A stretch of 64,000 nt of DNA from NCBI GenBank assembly GCA_030704615.1, contig CM060732.1:6882001-6946000 (forward strand), written 5' to 3'. Source of the DNA: Takakia lepidozioides (lineage: Eukaryota > Plantae > Bryophyta). The notes under the pieces were generated by a model. That model made no database searches, was not told the DNA's origin, and saw only the letters and a list, made by a program, of their open reading frames with translations. The translations under genes were made by a program, and so were the position numbers. Below, in pieces: positions 1 through 12,809 of this stretch (position 1 is the first letter of the stretch; every line of letters begins with the position of its first letter).

Positions 1-3000
1 TTAACATACACCACAATATGAAGTGAATGCAATAGATTGATAACTTACACTTTGGCCCTCTGTTCGCAACCCTGTGTACTGATGCAGAACCATTTTCTGA
101 GGAGGACCGGGGTGACACTTTTGGTGTCCACCTTGCCACCGCATTCTCTGTGGTCTTCCCTCTCGTGGCAAGGACAACCCACATCCACCGTCATCCAGAA
201 GCATCCCCGCCAGCCCAAACCCGGCTTTCCAGTAGTCCTCAGTAAACCTGTTCTAGGTGGGCACACCATCCAGGCCCTCCAGCAGCTCCCCATCTGGAAT
301 GTCGAGGAGAATCATGTCGCAAGCTCTCTCCACCTTCTCTCTCTCCTGAGTGCTCTTGCAATTCGTGCCCACAGCCGTGAAGAATTCCATCATGGCTTCA
401 AAACCAGGGGTGTCTTTAGGCTCTGTACCGCCAGCCCTCTTCTTGGCTTTCCCCTTCTGCTCCGCCAGAGACTTGTTGTGTGCCACCTTCTTCGCCCTGG
501 CAGCGAGAGCGTCAAGGAAGCTCTCATTGACGCATTGGATGATGGTTGGAGGTTCTAGCTTTGGCCTGTGTGTAAACGTCACCGCCGAATACCGCCGTGT
601 AGGCTCGCCCTCAAATGCCAACTTCTTGGCAGAGCCAGTCCCACTCCGAACTGACTTGGGAACCCGGACGACCGGTGACTGGTAGGAGCAACAGCAGTCA
701 CAGGACCTTGAACAAAGTCGTCGTCCGAGTCACTCTCTTGGGTCCCTCCTGCACCTCCCCGATGCCCCGATGGTTTTCTTCTTTTTGGGTGTTACTGCAC
801 TCATCTGTTTCCTTGTCCTTTTCCTTTGGCCTTTACTCTTCTCATGCAATTTCTCCTGAATTCCTGCCTGAGCAAAGCTCTGCCGCTTTCCTGGAGTTCG
901 CAAGCGCTTTTGCCTCTTTTGCACCCAACGGAGGCAGCGGAGAGCCCGGTTTCGTCGGAATTCAGCATCCACTTCAATTGAAACTCGGATGATGGGTCAA
1001 GCGAGCCGGGCGGAAGGTCCACATACCAAGGGCAATCACGCAAATGTTCCAGATGCCACTCCTTCACAATATCGTCAGTGTACATGGAGTCAGCCCCAGG
1101 GTTCCTCCATGCCAGAAGAATGGTGGCTCGAAAAGACAGATGACCTTTCTCCAAAAAGGAGAACTTGCAGTACCTGCATTCATGAAAAACAATGAGGTCC
1201 CTGAAATGCATATTCGGCACCATTTTCCAGGTTGGGGCGGATGTGAGTGGCCTAGAAATGGAAAAATGGCGCCGAATTTCGGTTTTCGGTGACTGCCACC
1301 CTAGGGACTTAGCCATCTGGGAGCCCTGAACTGGAAAATTCGGCGCCTTTTTCCCGGTTTGGCCCGAAGATGGCTAAGTCCCAGAACCGCAATAGGGCTT
1401 GAACTGGAAAAATGGCGCCGAATTTCCAGTTCAGGGCCAGCCACCCTAGGGACTTAGCCCGAAAATGGCTAAGTCCCTGAACGGCAATAGGGCCTAGAAC
1501 TGGAAAATGGCGCCGAATTTCCAGTTCGGGCCAGCCACCCTAGGGACTTAGCCCGAAAATGGCTAAGTCCCTGAACGGCAATAGGGCCTAGAACTGGGAA
1601 AATGGCGCCGAAGTTCCAGTTCGGGGGCCCGCCAGTCTAGGGACTTAGCCCGAAAATGGCTAAGTCCCTGAACGGCAATAGGGCCTAGAACTGGAAAATG
1701 GCGCCGAATTTCCACTTCCGGGCCAACCACCCTAGGACTTAGCCCGAAAATGGCTAAGTCCTGAACGGCAATGGGCCGGAACTGGAAATGCGCCGAATTT
1801 CCAGTTCCGGGCCAGCCAGCTAGGGACTTAGCCCGAAAATGGCCAAGTCCTGAACGGCAATAGGGCCTAGAACTGGAAAATGGCGCCGAATTTCCAGTTC
1901 AGGGCCCAGCCAGTCTAGGGACTTAGCCATTTTCGGAGCCTGACTGGGGAAATTCGGCGCCATTTTCCTAACACCAATGAGGGCCTCTAACATCTGAAAT
2001 GCAAGGACTTGAAAAAAGGCAGCGCGTATGTACCTGTACAGAAGGCGCATTGCTGCTTTGTCCGCGTTCGGTTGGTCGGGTGAACTCGGGCTCGGCGAGC
2101 ATCTGCTATCTCCCAAAATAATAGGTTGGTTTTGTAGAGCAGAAAGTACCTCGTCACATAGTTGCGTAGGCTCTCTGGTGAGGAGATATCTCCATCTTTG
2201 AACTGATGTGCTTGTGTGTCCAGCTGCTCTTGCGCATTCGTCGTCACCTGTGGAGATTCTCCATCATCGCTTTCCTGAAAAAATACAATGAATCCACCCC
2301 CCTACAGAGTAGAAGCCCCAAACAAAGCGTGGGGAAGTACCTGAAACCACCATGTCATGCGGTTCATCCATGTCGAATGTGGGGTCAGAGAGTTTGTCCG
2401 GTTTGGGGAAGCTCCACATGTCCCTGGTACTTTGGGAACCATTCCAATTTGGAGCCACCGGGTCTGTCCAACCACCCAGCATATTCGTAAGTGCCAAACA
2501 CCACAAAAATGAGTTTTGCCACCACAATTTGGTTAAGAATGTATCACCTTTTCTGTTGCATCCACAAGGATGTGGCTAGACGATGGAGCTTCTCCAATGT
2601 CATCGTGGGCTTCAGAGCGCGAGAGTAGTGCTTCCCCACCTCCACCAGAAAGTCGGCACCAAGGGCGGGATCAGCTATGGCCACGTACTTTACCATCCGC
2701 GACTTGTACTTTATGCGGGCCTCACCTCCGCAGCTTTGACATACGATTCGAGTTCCGGGAGGGTTGGATTCTTCTCCTCTGACTCCATGTAGAACCTCCA
2801 CGCATGTGCCAAATCCTGCTGTATTTTCGTCTGTCAAGAATGCGCACATAAGATTAGAGATCCTGCTCAACACAATTTCTTCTATTGGGGACACGGTGAA
2901 GACCTTTCTTCTATTGGGGAGGAGAGACAGATTAGCTCAACAAAACTGTCAGGAGCTTTACCCGAAATATGTAGTCCACCATGGCGTCGACGCTCAGCCT

Positions 3001-5240
3001 ATACCAGGTTCTGTCTGCCTTTGCCTCCGACTTGCGCAGGAGGTCGGCACTGAGGGAATTGGCAAACTCTTGCACCCCCTGCTTCCGACATCCTTCACTC
3101 GGAAGAGCATATGGGACAAGTTGGTGGCAATGAAGGCATTCTCAGTCACCCTGCAGTGCCACATTTCCATCAAACAATATTGAAATGGGAATTTTTCATC
3201 ATATATGAGGATTCGCAATGAAATGACTTCCAAATTCAAAGTCCAAAAGCGAGAGGCGTTGTAGCTTACGAGTTGATGTCGGCCATTGTAGCTTTGAGAA
3301 GACTGCGATCTTTGGGCCCCGCAACCTTCAGCACAACACAATCCACGGCGAAATGCCAATCGAGGTCGTTGGGGTGGCTTGGGCAATGTGCTCCATCCAT
3401 GCCAGGAGGCATGATTGCCGTCCCACACGTAGAACATCTTACCGGACAAGTGCTGGAAAAGAGGATCACTAGCAATTGATCTCTCGAAACTCCTCATTTC
3501 GCGTTTGCCAATGGGGACCCCATTTGTCCACCTCATCGGAAGTGTGGGCACGGGAAGCTCCGTGGTCGTTCTCAATGGAAAGACGTAAAACGCGGCAGAC
3601 CCCATTCGATATCCATCCCGGAAAGAGAATTTCAGCTTGTCGATATCGCCTGGGAGGGCAGGTCTCACCACCTGCAATGACACCAAGCGGCAAAGGGGAA
3701 TTCGAAGCTTGGCCGGGTACACCATGCCCCCCAGCACCCTGCCAATGTTGCTGTGGGTTGCCTCCAACATCTTGGCAGCGGCCAACTTCATATCCGCCTC
3801 AGACATGACGTCTGCTGCAGAGGGGTTTTCCGGCAGCCACCAGGACCGCCAAATCCAGCCTGTATGCTCCGGGTTTGGGGCCTGGGGATGTCCGGGAGGA
3901 TGTCATCCTGGTCAGAAAGCTCCCTGTCGTCCTCCTCACCAGCCACCTGCGAAACCACCTCCAGCACTCTCCCCGTCTCTACTGCCTCTCCCTGGCTTCA
4001 CCTCGAACTTGCACAATCCGTGCTCTTTCTGGTGTTCTTTCCTCTCCTCCACTCTCCACCGTATGGGTAATTGCAGGGGCTGCTCTTGCCCGCGATGGTC
4101 TAACCGGTGTGTTACTGCCTCTCTGTGGTGTCTTGGAGGGATCCACCGTCTCTGTGCGTCCCTCGCTTACATTGGCATCTGTCATTTGGGCACCCCTGGC
4201 CTCTTCAGTGGCCTTTTCTCTTTCCTCCTGGCTAGCATTCTGTCTCGTCTGTTCTTTTGCCCTCTCTTTTGCCCTCTCACGGGCTTTCTGTTTCTTACTA
4301 GGGCTAGCAGCAGGGGAGCCCTCCAGGACGACCACCTTTGATTGAGGCGAACTGACACCCTCGCGCGCACTGCTCACTCCCCCCTCCGCAGCCCGTGACG
4401 GCTCTCTCGCCGGGGATTGCATGTGCTTAGCTTTCTTCTTTTTCTTTGCGTGGGCGGGCCCTACTGCATGTGCATGAACAACCTCCATTGCCGGATCTGC
4501 TGTCCTCATGTCCTCACGCCCTTCACCTGCCATGCCGCCTGCACCAACCTCCCCAATGCCTATTCTGTCGTACTCTCGTTGCAAGTCCTCCCGTCCACCA
4601 ACAAAAGGTTTAAGTTTGCCCTCTCGCCCCAAGTTGGGCGATTCAAACATGCGATGAGTTGGAGCTGTCGATGATACCACCAGCGTGCCGGGCTCGTCGT
4701 CACTCTGTCATTCCCAAAAATCGTGAAAACCAACATCGGGTGCAAAAACCAGCATCGCAACGAGCAGCGCAACCACCATAGCAACAATCGTGTAACAAAA
4801 ATGAAAACATAACAAGTTTAGGAAGTATGGAGAGCCATGCAACAACAATGAAAACAAATGCAACCATTGCCTGAGAATGACATGCACAAGCAGCCTTCTC
4901 CAGAGCTGCCGGATTTGCACACGCATTGCAAACAATCTAAGGTTCACTCAACTATCTAAAGTTCACTCATCCAGCGAAGCGAAGCCAGGATGAAGATGCA
5001 AAAACAAAGCGAGGCAACAAAGCGAAAGCAAAAAGAAATCGAACAAAGCGAAAGCAGAAGTGGCTTGCCTGAGAGTACTCGGCTTCAGTTGGCGCGGGTT
5101 GTGAGCAAGACACTGGAATCTCCTGCTGGAGCTTCAGTTTGGCCATGCGAGAGATTGGCCGTCGTCCGTAGTACAGAGCTTTCAACTTCCGCCGCGGTCT
5201 GGATGTGAGGTCTCTCTCAGGAGAGCCACGCCCTTCAGCG
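1..5240 (-). pseudogene. ParB/Srx-like + amino-DNA-methyltransferase-like fusion gene of element A (multi-exon, frameshifted, 3' end outside window)
   Basis: Exon pieces are homologous to the B gene: 'KMFYVWDGNH' (~3410-3440), 'RVTENAF', 'KYKSRMVKYVAIADPALG', 'CPWYVDL', 'CDMILLDIPDG' (~290-320). GT..AG introns sit at matching positions. The 5' limit is uncertain. Confidence 0.75.
1255..1970. repeat. ~94-bp tandem array of double hairpins inside an intron of the A ParB-MTase gene
   Basis: Units recur at ~1446, 1540, 1637 and 1731. Each has GGGACTTAGCC-cgaaaat-GGCTAAGTCCC and AACTGGAAAATGGCGCCGAATTTCCAGTT. Confidence 0.92.
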
Positions 5241-5449
5241 GCATAAGTCCCAGCCAAAATGGAAAAAGATCTCCGTTTTTGGGGTACATGCCTCGAATAG
5301 CATGTTAAGCCAAGATTAGCATCAGATTTAGGGTACGTATCCAGGAAGCCATGTGTCGCCAGCCCGAATGAAAACGACGGCGGTGGACATTTATTGCCCA
5401 ACTGCGCAATTAAATGTCGGATGAAGCCCTCCATGTCGGATGAAAATCG

Positions 5450-7015
5450 ACGCCCGGAATTTCCAACGTAGAGGTAATTCGGAGCGCTGCAGATGGAATT
5501 CCGGCGCCGGATTTCCATCCTGCAGGTAATTCGGAGCGCAGCAGGATGGAAATTCAGCGCCGAATTTCCATCCGCAAGGTAGGGCGGAATTTCCCTCACG
5601 CAGGTAATTCGAAGCGGATGGATGGAAATCCGGCGCCGGATTTCCATCCGCGCAGGTAGGGCGGCGCGCAAATTTCCCTCACGCAGGTAATTCGAAGCGG
5701 ATGGATGGAAATCCGGCGCCGGATTTCATCCGCGCAGGTAGGGCGGCGCGCCAAATTTCCGCAGGTAATTCGCGCCGGATGCCGGTCGGAATTGCAGCGG
5801 CCGGCGCCGAATTTCCATTAATTCGGGATGGATGGAAATTGGCGCAGCCGGATCGCCGTTTCCATTCGCCAGGTATTTCGTCACCCAGGTAATTCTGAAG
5901 AAATTCGGAGAAAAACAATAAGTTTGTTTTGTGGCTGAAGTGCACTTGTAGAGTTTTTCTTGGAATCCTTGACTGCTAGAGGCAAATCGGAACAGCCTCG
6001 GACGGAAATTCGGCGCCGTTTTTCCATTCTGGGAGGTTTTGACTTCCTTTGAGGGGGCCCCGATGGAAATTCGGCGCCGAATTTCCATCCGGGGGATGGT
6101 CTCTGTCGGAGAGGTGCCGGCCTCTCCGCCGCTCTGTTGGATATTCGGTGCCGAATTTCCGTCCGGGGGTTGAAATATGACGGCCAGGTGCCGGCCTCTC
6201 CCCCCCCCTGCATTGGAACGGCCCCGGATGGAAATTCGGCGCCGTTTTTCCATCTGGGGAGGTTTTTATGTCGGCCAGTTTTGGCTGACCCCCCGACACG
6301 ACTTCCTTTGGGGGGCCCGGATGGAAATTCGGCGCCGAATCTCCATCCAGGGGATGCTCTCTGTCGAACACGTGCCGGCCTCTACGCCCGAGGCGACTTC
6401 ATCCGGGCGTCCCTGTTGGATATTCGGTGCCGAATTTCCGTCCGGGGGTTGAAATGTGACGGCCAGGTGCCGGCCTCTCCCCCCTCCCGACTGCATCCGA
6501 ACCGCCCCGGATGGAAATTCGGCGCCGTTTTTCCATCTGGGGATGTTTTTATGCCGGCCAGTTTTCGGCCTGACCCCCCGACACGACTTCCTTTGGGGGG
6601 GCCCGGATGGAAATTCGGCGCCGAATCTCCATCCAGGGGATGTTCTCTGTCGCACACGCGCCGGCCTCTGCGCCCGAGGCGACTTCATCCGGGCTTCCCC
6701 TGTTGTATATTCGGTGCCGAATTTCCGTCCGGGGGTTGTAATGTGAGGGCCAGATGTTTCCCCCGAGCCGACTGCATCCGAAAGGCCTCGGATGGAAATT
6801 CGGCGCCGTTTTTCCATCCGGAGGTTTTTATGTCGGCCAGTTTTCGGCCTGACCCCCCGACAGGACTTCCTTTGGGGGGATCCGAATGGAAATTCGGCGC
6901 TGAATTTCCATCCGGGGATGTTCTCTGTCGGACAGGTGCCGGCATCTCTGCCCCAGACGACTTCATCCGTGCGGCCCTGTTGGATATTGGGTGCCGAATT
7001 TCCATTCGGGGGTAG
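5450..7015. repeat. Palindrome-rich array between the divergent genes of A (~280-bp higher-order unit from ~6000)
   Basis: Many copies of GATGGAAATTCGGCGCCGAATTTCCATC; the unit recurs at ~6139, 6418, 6706 and 6982. Confidence 0.92.
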
Positions 7016-7308
7016 TAATGTGACGGCACGTGCCGGCTTCTCCCCTTCAGCCGACATCATCCGGACGGCCCCCCACTTTCTGACTGCATACCGTTGGCAG
7101 TTATTGCGCAAAGACCAGGGGCCGCATTCCGGAGACAAGGTTCATTAACACTCTGACTGTGGATTTTTGAGATAGTTGGCTCCCTGGATTTGGATCAGGC
7201 TTCGTCGCTCGGACAAATCGGCACCGCATTCCTTCCCATCGCTGCATCCCCCTTCTACCAGGGAGCTTCCCCGCACGCCATCCTGGCAGTCTTGTGTGCA
7301 CATCTCCC

Positions 7309-10300
7309 ATGGCGGAAAACCCGAGCGCTACAGTGTACTGCCCTCCTCACGAGCATAGAGCTTCATTTCCGTGCAGAGGGGACATCTGCCGGGTGATGGA
7401 GAAATATCTGTGCGTTCGATACCACCTGAAACCGGGGTCGGTTTTTTTTGGAGGAGGAAAGGAGACGAGAGGTCACGAGCCGAGAACCGAGTTGTTCACA
7501 ACCTGTCCGACTCAGACGAGGTCATGGAAGTTCCGAGGTCGTCCTGGAGATCAGGCAAGTCCTCAATGGACGTCAGTGGAGGAGGGAGTCATATTCCCAG
7601 CACGAGCACCGCAGTTCGATCTATTCTTGAAATTCTGCGAGGGCTTCACCTGGAGGGACACCGGTCGGAGCTGGCCGGGCTGGACTACAGCAAGTTCGCA
7701 ATTAAATCGGTTACATGCCTTCCCGCCGACGTCGACGGTAATATCTTCTTTGAGTTCCCTCCTCGGGCGGACTACTCGAGGGCGTCCGGAATGTTGACAG
7801 ATATGGATAGAAAACATGACGGTCATCCTTGGTGCGTTACCAAAACCACCAGCATGAAGATGCTCGATGGTGTGCGGGTGCGCTACGTTGTTTGTGCGGG
7901 CGCGTTGCGGTGTTTCTCCCCAACTTGCTTCCACTTTAAATCCAGAGGTCACAGGAACGAGACCGATTGGACAGGCACAGCTCATCAACCATTTCGAGCT
8001 CAGGAGAAGGTTCCGAACTCCACATTTAAGTGTGCGCATTGCAAAGAACCACCACACTGCATGTCTGTTTGTAATGCCAAGCAGTTCTATGTGTTGCACC
8101 GTTTCCCTGACCTCACCCGAGCTTGCATACACGTTGGTTCCCATTGTCACAAATTGGCGAGGGGGAACTCGCGGGAGGCTGCCCACGAGCAGAGCAGCTC
8201 GTTCAGGAGGAGGTTAAGTTGAGACCGGGTGCCAAACCCAAACAGATACAGCTCCAAGCCGCCCATAAGATGGCATTGGCCAGAATTATGTCGGAAGACG
8301 GCTCCGATAGAGTTCCTCTCGATGAGAAGGAAATGGAGGCATTGCTGGAGTCGGTGTCCCACGTATGTTCACCGAATGTCCGAAACCACATTGTCTCATG
8401 CAAACAGAAAATTGGGTGGCTCGGATATGCACTCCATTCTGGAGGTGAAGCGACGATGTGGATATGACTACATTCATGGAAGTAGGTTTCCAGGACAAGG
8501 GACTGAGGCAGATCGTTGTTTCGTATTCAAAATGTCCACGTGTGGACCTGGCAGCGGCGTCGAACTGGTCGACAGGATGACGAGTGGGGACTTGTCAAAC
8601 AGTTGGGTCATGTTCGACCATATCAAGCGAATTACAAATCACCAGTGGGTGACAATGGGTGCACATGTCTACGACACCCACTGCAGGATGCTAATGACAA
8701 TTGCTATTTGTGAGATGAAAGGAGAGGACACACAATCGGAGATGCTTCTTTGGCAGGGAATAAACGAACAGATGGCCAAGGCGGGATTGCCCCTCAATTT
8801 CCGTGGTTTCATGGCGGACAACGCACAAGCAAATTGGGCTGCCATCCGAAGGGTGTACGGGCAAGACCCCAATGTTCCCATGGAAGGCAAGGAGAGATCT
8901 TGTGGGTTCCATTTTCTGCAGAGCCTTTCGCAGTACACAACCAGGCTCGTGGCGCCAGATTTCAGAGAGGAGCACCGTTCCATGTGCCTTGCGTGGAAGC
9001 GCGCTCCCACCTTGGATGATGCAGAGACACAGTTTGCATGTATACGGGCTTGGTGGACATCGTCAGGTGCTGTAAGGAAATCAGACGAGGGAGCAATGGT
9101 CAGTTGGCTAGCATGGTGGCATTATCGTTTCCTCCAGTTCGGCGACTATATGCGGGAGGTGAGTTGCACGAATTCGCGTCCCGTTGAATATTATTCTTGG
9201 CCATATTTGTAACTTGCTTGTAACCTCAACATGTGCTTGTGCAGGAAATGTGTCTCGACTCCGACACCGACATGCCCACGACAAACATGGCCGAATCAGT
9301 GCACTCTTCCTGGCGTGCCTCCTCTGCGGCGCATCTGGTGGACATCCTCACTGCCACAACGGAGGACATTGTGAGGTCAATTATGCAGCAATGCAGGTAC
9401 AACGAGTTCTTGAAAGGGAAACAGTGGGGCTTGGGGCCGGACAGGCAGGAAATGCTGATGCGGACTGCCTCTAGATCGAAGAATCCTCGGAAGTGGGCGG
9501 GCCTTGCGAGAGGGCCTTCGGGACACGCCATTGCTGCGAAGAGGCCAACATTTGGAAGGAGATGTTCATACCGTCCAGTGAGACGAAGACTTGACGAGGC
9601 ACCTGGCGGAGAAGAGATTCATGGCGAGCTGACAAGAATATTCGCACGCTCCTCGTGGTCCGGTGATGTTGCCCGAGGAGGTCTCGTCGAGCACCGCAAG
9701 TCCTGCACGTTCAAGATCGCATCTCCTTTGAGCACAGGGCGCGTGCCCCGCAACATAACGAGCCATCTGTAGTAAAGCAGTACAACATTCCCATTGTGGA
9801 GACAATAGAGTGTCGGAGTCACAGTGGAGAATTGCGAGGACATTGCCGGCATTTCGAGGGAAGTGCTGCGCCATCCGGGTGGATACGAGAGCACGCTGTG
9901 GTGAGATGATTCGGAGGAACCCACACGGTGCTGTACCTGCACCTTGTTTCAGCGGCAGATTTTTGACTCCCACATTGCTCACGCCACAACGCAGACATTT
10001 TGGTTCTGTAGGCACGACATAATGACCTGTGTGGCAAGCCCAAGTACGGGATTCAGGGAATGCCGGAGCCTCCGGGCGTCTGGCCTGTTGCACCGGGTTG
10101 CAGCCTCTCTCAGAATGAGGCGGATGCTCTATCTGCAGCAGGATTTCGAATGGTGCAACGCACAGACATCCCGGCCCACGCATTTCCGGTTCCTCAGACC
10201 CAGCATTGCAGACTGCTCGGTCCAGTAGAGACGGATTGGACAATTCTGCACATCCCACAATGCGATTCGGAAGAGTGAAGAGACGACACCCTCCCAACAA

Positions 10301-10652
10301 GTTGAATGAGACTCGGATTGCCAATGCTCTTGGGATGGCTTGCACTATTCAGAGCTCCGTGGACGTACCCCCACCCGGCCTTGGGCGTGTGTATCGGATG
10401 GCAACGGCCGGCTCGGCTGTACGCGACGATGTATACACAATTACGATTGGAGTGGAGCCGACTTGCAATTGTACGGACTTCTCGTTGATGGAAGCAAAGA
10501 AGGGTTCGAAGTATTATCCGTGCAAGCATCTGTATTACATTTACCTGAAGAGGTTGAGGATGAACGTGACTATTGATGACTTTATTCATGCACCGGCGTT
10601 GAGCGTGAACGAGCTGCACAAACTCCTCCTTAGGGATTCCAGAAATCATTGA
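7309..10652 (+). pseudogene. MULE-type DDE transposase with GCM/WRKY-like N-terminal zinc domain and C-terminal SWIM (frameshifted)
   Basis: Motifs: WVMFD (D1), FMADNAQA (D2), CGFH (CxxH), TTNMAESVH (E), SWIM CNC..CKH, and an N-terminal Cys-rich region ending HVGSHCH. Intron 9159-9244 (GT..AG). Several 1-bp frameshifts. Confidence 0.88.
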
Positions 10653-10799
10653 TGGGGCAAAGGGAATCCTCCATATGGATATTTTCAATTGCATTTTGCT
10701 GTATCAGACTTTTTTTGCAGTGTAATGAAATGCACCCCAAAACTCCTGGAATGAGGCAATATTCCATTCAAACTGAGATCCACAGAAGCAGTTGTGGGC

Positions 10800-11205
10800 C
10801 ATTTCTGGAAAAATGGCGCCGAATTTCTCTTTTTGGGGCCGAAAACTGGCTAAGTCCCAACATGCACTGGTACCTGTGTCTGGGAAAATGGGCCGAATCT
10901 CTTTTTTGGGCCGAAAACTGGCTAAGTCCCAACATGCACTGGTTGTCTGGAAAATGCGCCGAACGAAAACTGGCTAAGTCCCAACATGCACTGGTACTGG
11001 AAAAATGGCGCCGAATTTCCCTATTTTTCGAAAACTGGCTAAGTCCGAACATGCACTGGAAAAATGGCGCCAAATTACCTGTCATGAGGGGACCTATAGC
11101 CGCAGAATTCGGCACCATTTTTCGCCAGAGAGACCTATTACCGCGAAATACGTCGCCGTTTTTTCAGGTTACGGACCCTATTACCGCGAAATTCGGCGCC
11201 ATATT
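10800..11205. repeat. Subterminal ~60-bp repeats of A
   Basis: Repeated CTGGAAAAATGGCGCCGAATTTC and GAAAACTGGCTAAGTCCCAACATGCA, the same motifs as the intronic array. Confidence 0.85.
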
Positions 11206-11371
11206 TGCACATGTCGCTGGGAATTGGCATGAGCGGAAGACGAAATATCATGAGCACAACTGTCAAAACTGCAATTTTCCCTTCAAGGGCCGAATAATAT
11301 ATTTGTTTTTCCTGACACATTGCATTAAATTATTGTTTTTTATTGTTTTTTATTTTCGAAATTTGTACTTC

Positions 11372-11438
11372 TGCTCATGAAAACCGATTGTCTTACTACT
11401 CCGCTCATGCCGCTCATGCTCATGAAATAGCAAACCTC
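11372..11438. repeat. Right terminus (TIR) of A with GCTCAT repeats
   Basis: ccgctcatgccgctcatgctcatgaaatagcaaacctc; matches the termini at 33874, 42475, 48242 and 24712. Confidence 0.88.
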
Positions 11439-12809
11439 GTTACATTTATATAAAACTTCCTTCTTGGCATCCTTTCAGCCAGAATAATTGAGGTGTGTTG
11501 TTTACTGCCTCATGGTTAGGTACAAGTCAGGGTATGGTGTACCATAACACATCAAAAACATTTCCAAAGTTTCATTAAGGCTCGAGTAGGCTTAATGCTA
11601 GAGTAGGCTTAATGAACCACATTTATAAACAGACTGTAATATGCTTAATGGGGGGGGGGGTGGGGGGTCTCTTAGGAAATCCACCCTTATTTAAATAAAG
11701 CATTTACATTCCATGAGCAGGTAACGGTTTGGAGTTAGTACTCCAGCCCGATTTACCCATTCAACTTGGAACTTCCCTGGAATACCAACAGTAATTCTTT
11801 GTTCACCTATCAGTCAGATTCCATTCACAACCTAACTCCAAAGCTCCACATTCATTCATAGCCCTCCATTTATATAAATCTAAACAAAGAAAGACCATTC
11901 CAGGTTAGCCATCCATATTCAAGGCATCCTGTTAGCCTTAGGATTACAGCCATGTACCCTTCGTTCTGCAACAAAACATGGCTGTTGTAATCTGTCTGAA
12001 GTTACAAAAAAATGGCCATGATCATCTCTAAATTTACAATGCCTTGCAAACTTGATGGTTACATCAAAAGAACGTATACAGGGATTAGATATGTAGGGAG
12101 TAGGTATTAAAAGATAATCCCCAGCAAGGTTCTTAAATGTCATAGCCAACTCCTCCACCTTTTTGTCATCTGTCTGCAGTTATCACACACTCCATGAACC
12201 ACCCTAGCATTAGTTTTTCTCACAAAACTTTCACTCAATGTATGATCTATTCCCTGTTGGGTTTGTCATGTGTTTTCAAGTGATAGCCAAGGAAACTCTT
12301 CAAAGGCTCATTCATGGAACCTTGATAGCTTGTGGAAGTCCTGCTTGCGATATGGCTGGTCCAAGTGAGTCGTGGGAGAGCTCCAACAACACTGATCGCA
12401 ACAGACGCTAAGTCTGGGCCACTTTTGGCAGGGGTTTGTAGACTTAACAACAACACCAACTTGCTACAAAGTGTGCAGCAAATGCTATGCACAGGACCTG
12501 ACTGGCTCACTGTTTTAGATAGACTGCATGTAGCAAAGAAACAGCAAACTCAATCATCCCCCAACTTGGATATTAAGTGCTCTCAAGGGAGCTCACTCAC
12601 CGTATCAGCCAAATAAGACTTTGACGGAACTGTTCAAAAAACAGGTAGCGGGAGAGAACTACTCCCCTTGGTATATCACTGTCTAAGAGCCAAAGCAGAG
12701 TCGCCGTATGTAGGCCTGTCATTCAAGGATCCCGCAACTTCTGCGAATCCATCATCATGGGATCTGCTGCTGTCAGGCCATGATTCTTGTTTGATGTATA
12801 CACAAACAT

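Larger units (their letters stand above)
1..11438. mobile_element. MULE-like DNA transposon, copy A (left end outside window)
   Basis: Contains a ParB-MTase gene (-), palindrome arrays and a DDE-SWIM transposase (+). Ends in GCTCATGAAATAGCAAACCTC (11418-11438), the reverse complement of the terminus type seen at 42475; composition then switches to AT-rich DNA. Confidence 0.88.

Noticed and set aside
4967-7148. Long ORFs on both strands with MEIRRRISI / GNSAPNF / KCGAAFP repeats (also across the B arrays)
   Set aside because: These are translations of stop-poor palindromic repeats with no sign of protein-level conservation.
11439-12620. Possible host gene or degraded TE in the AT-rich spacer
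   Set aside because: Only short ORFs with no recognisable motif; left unannotated.
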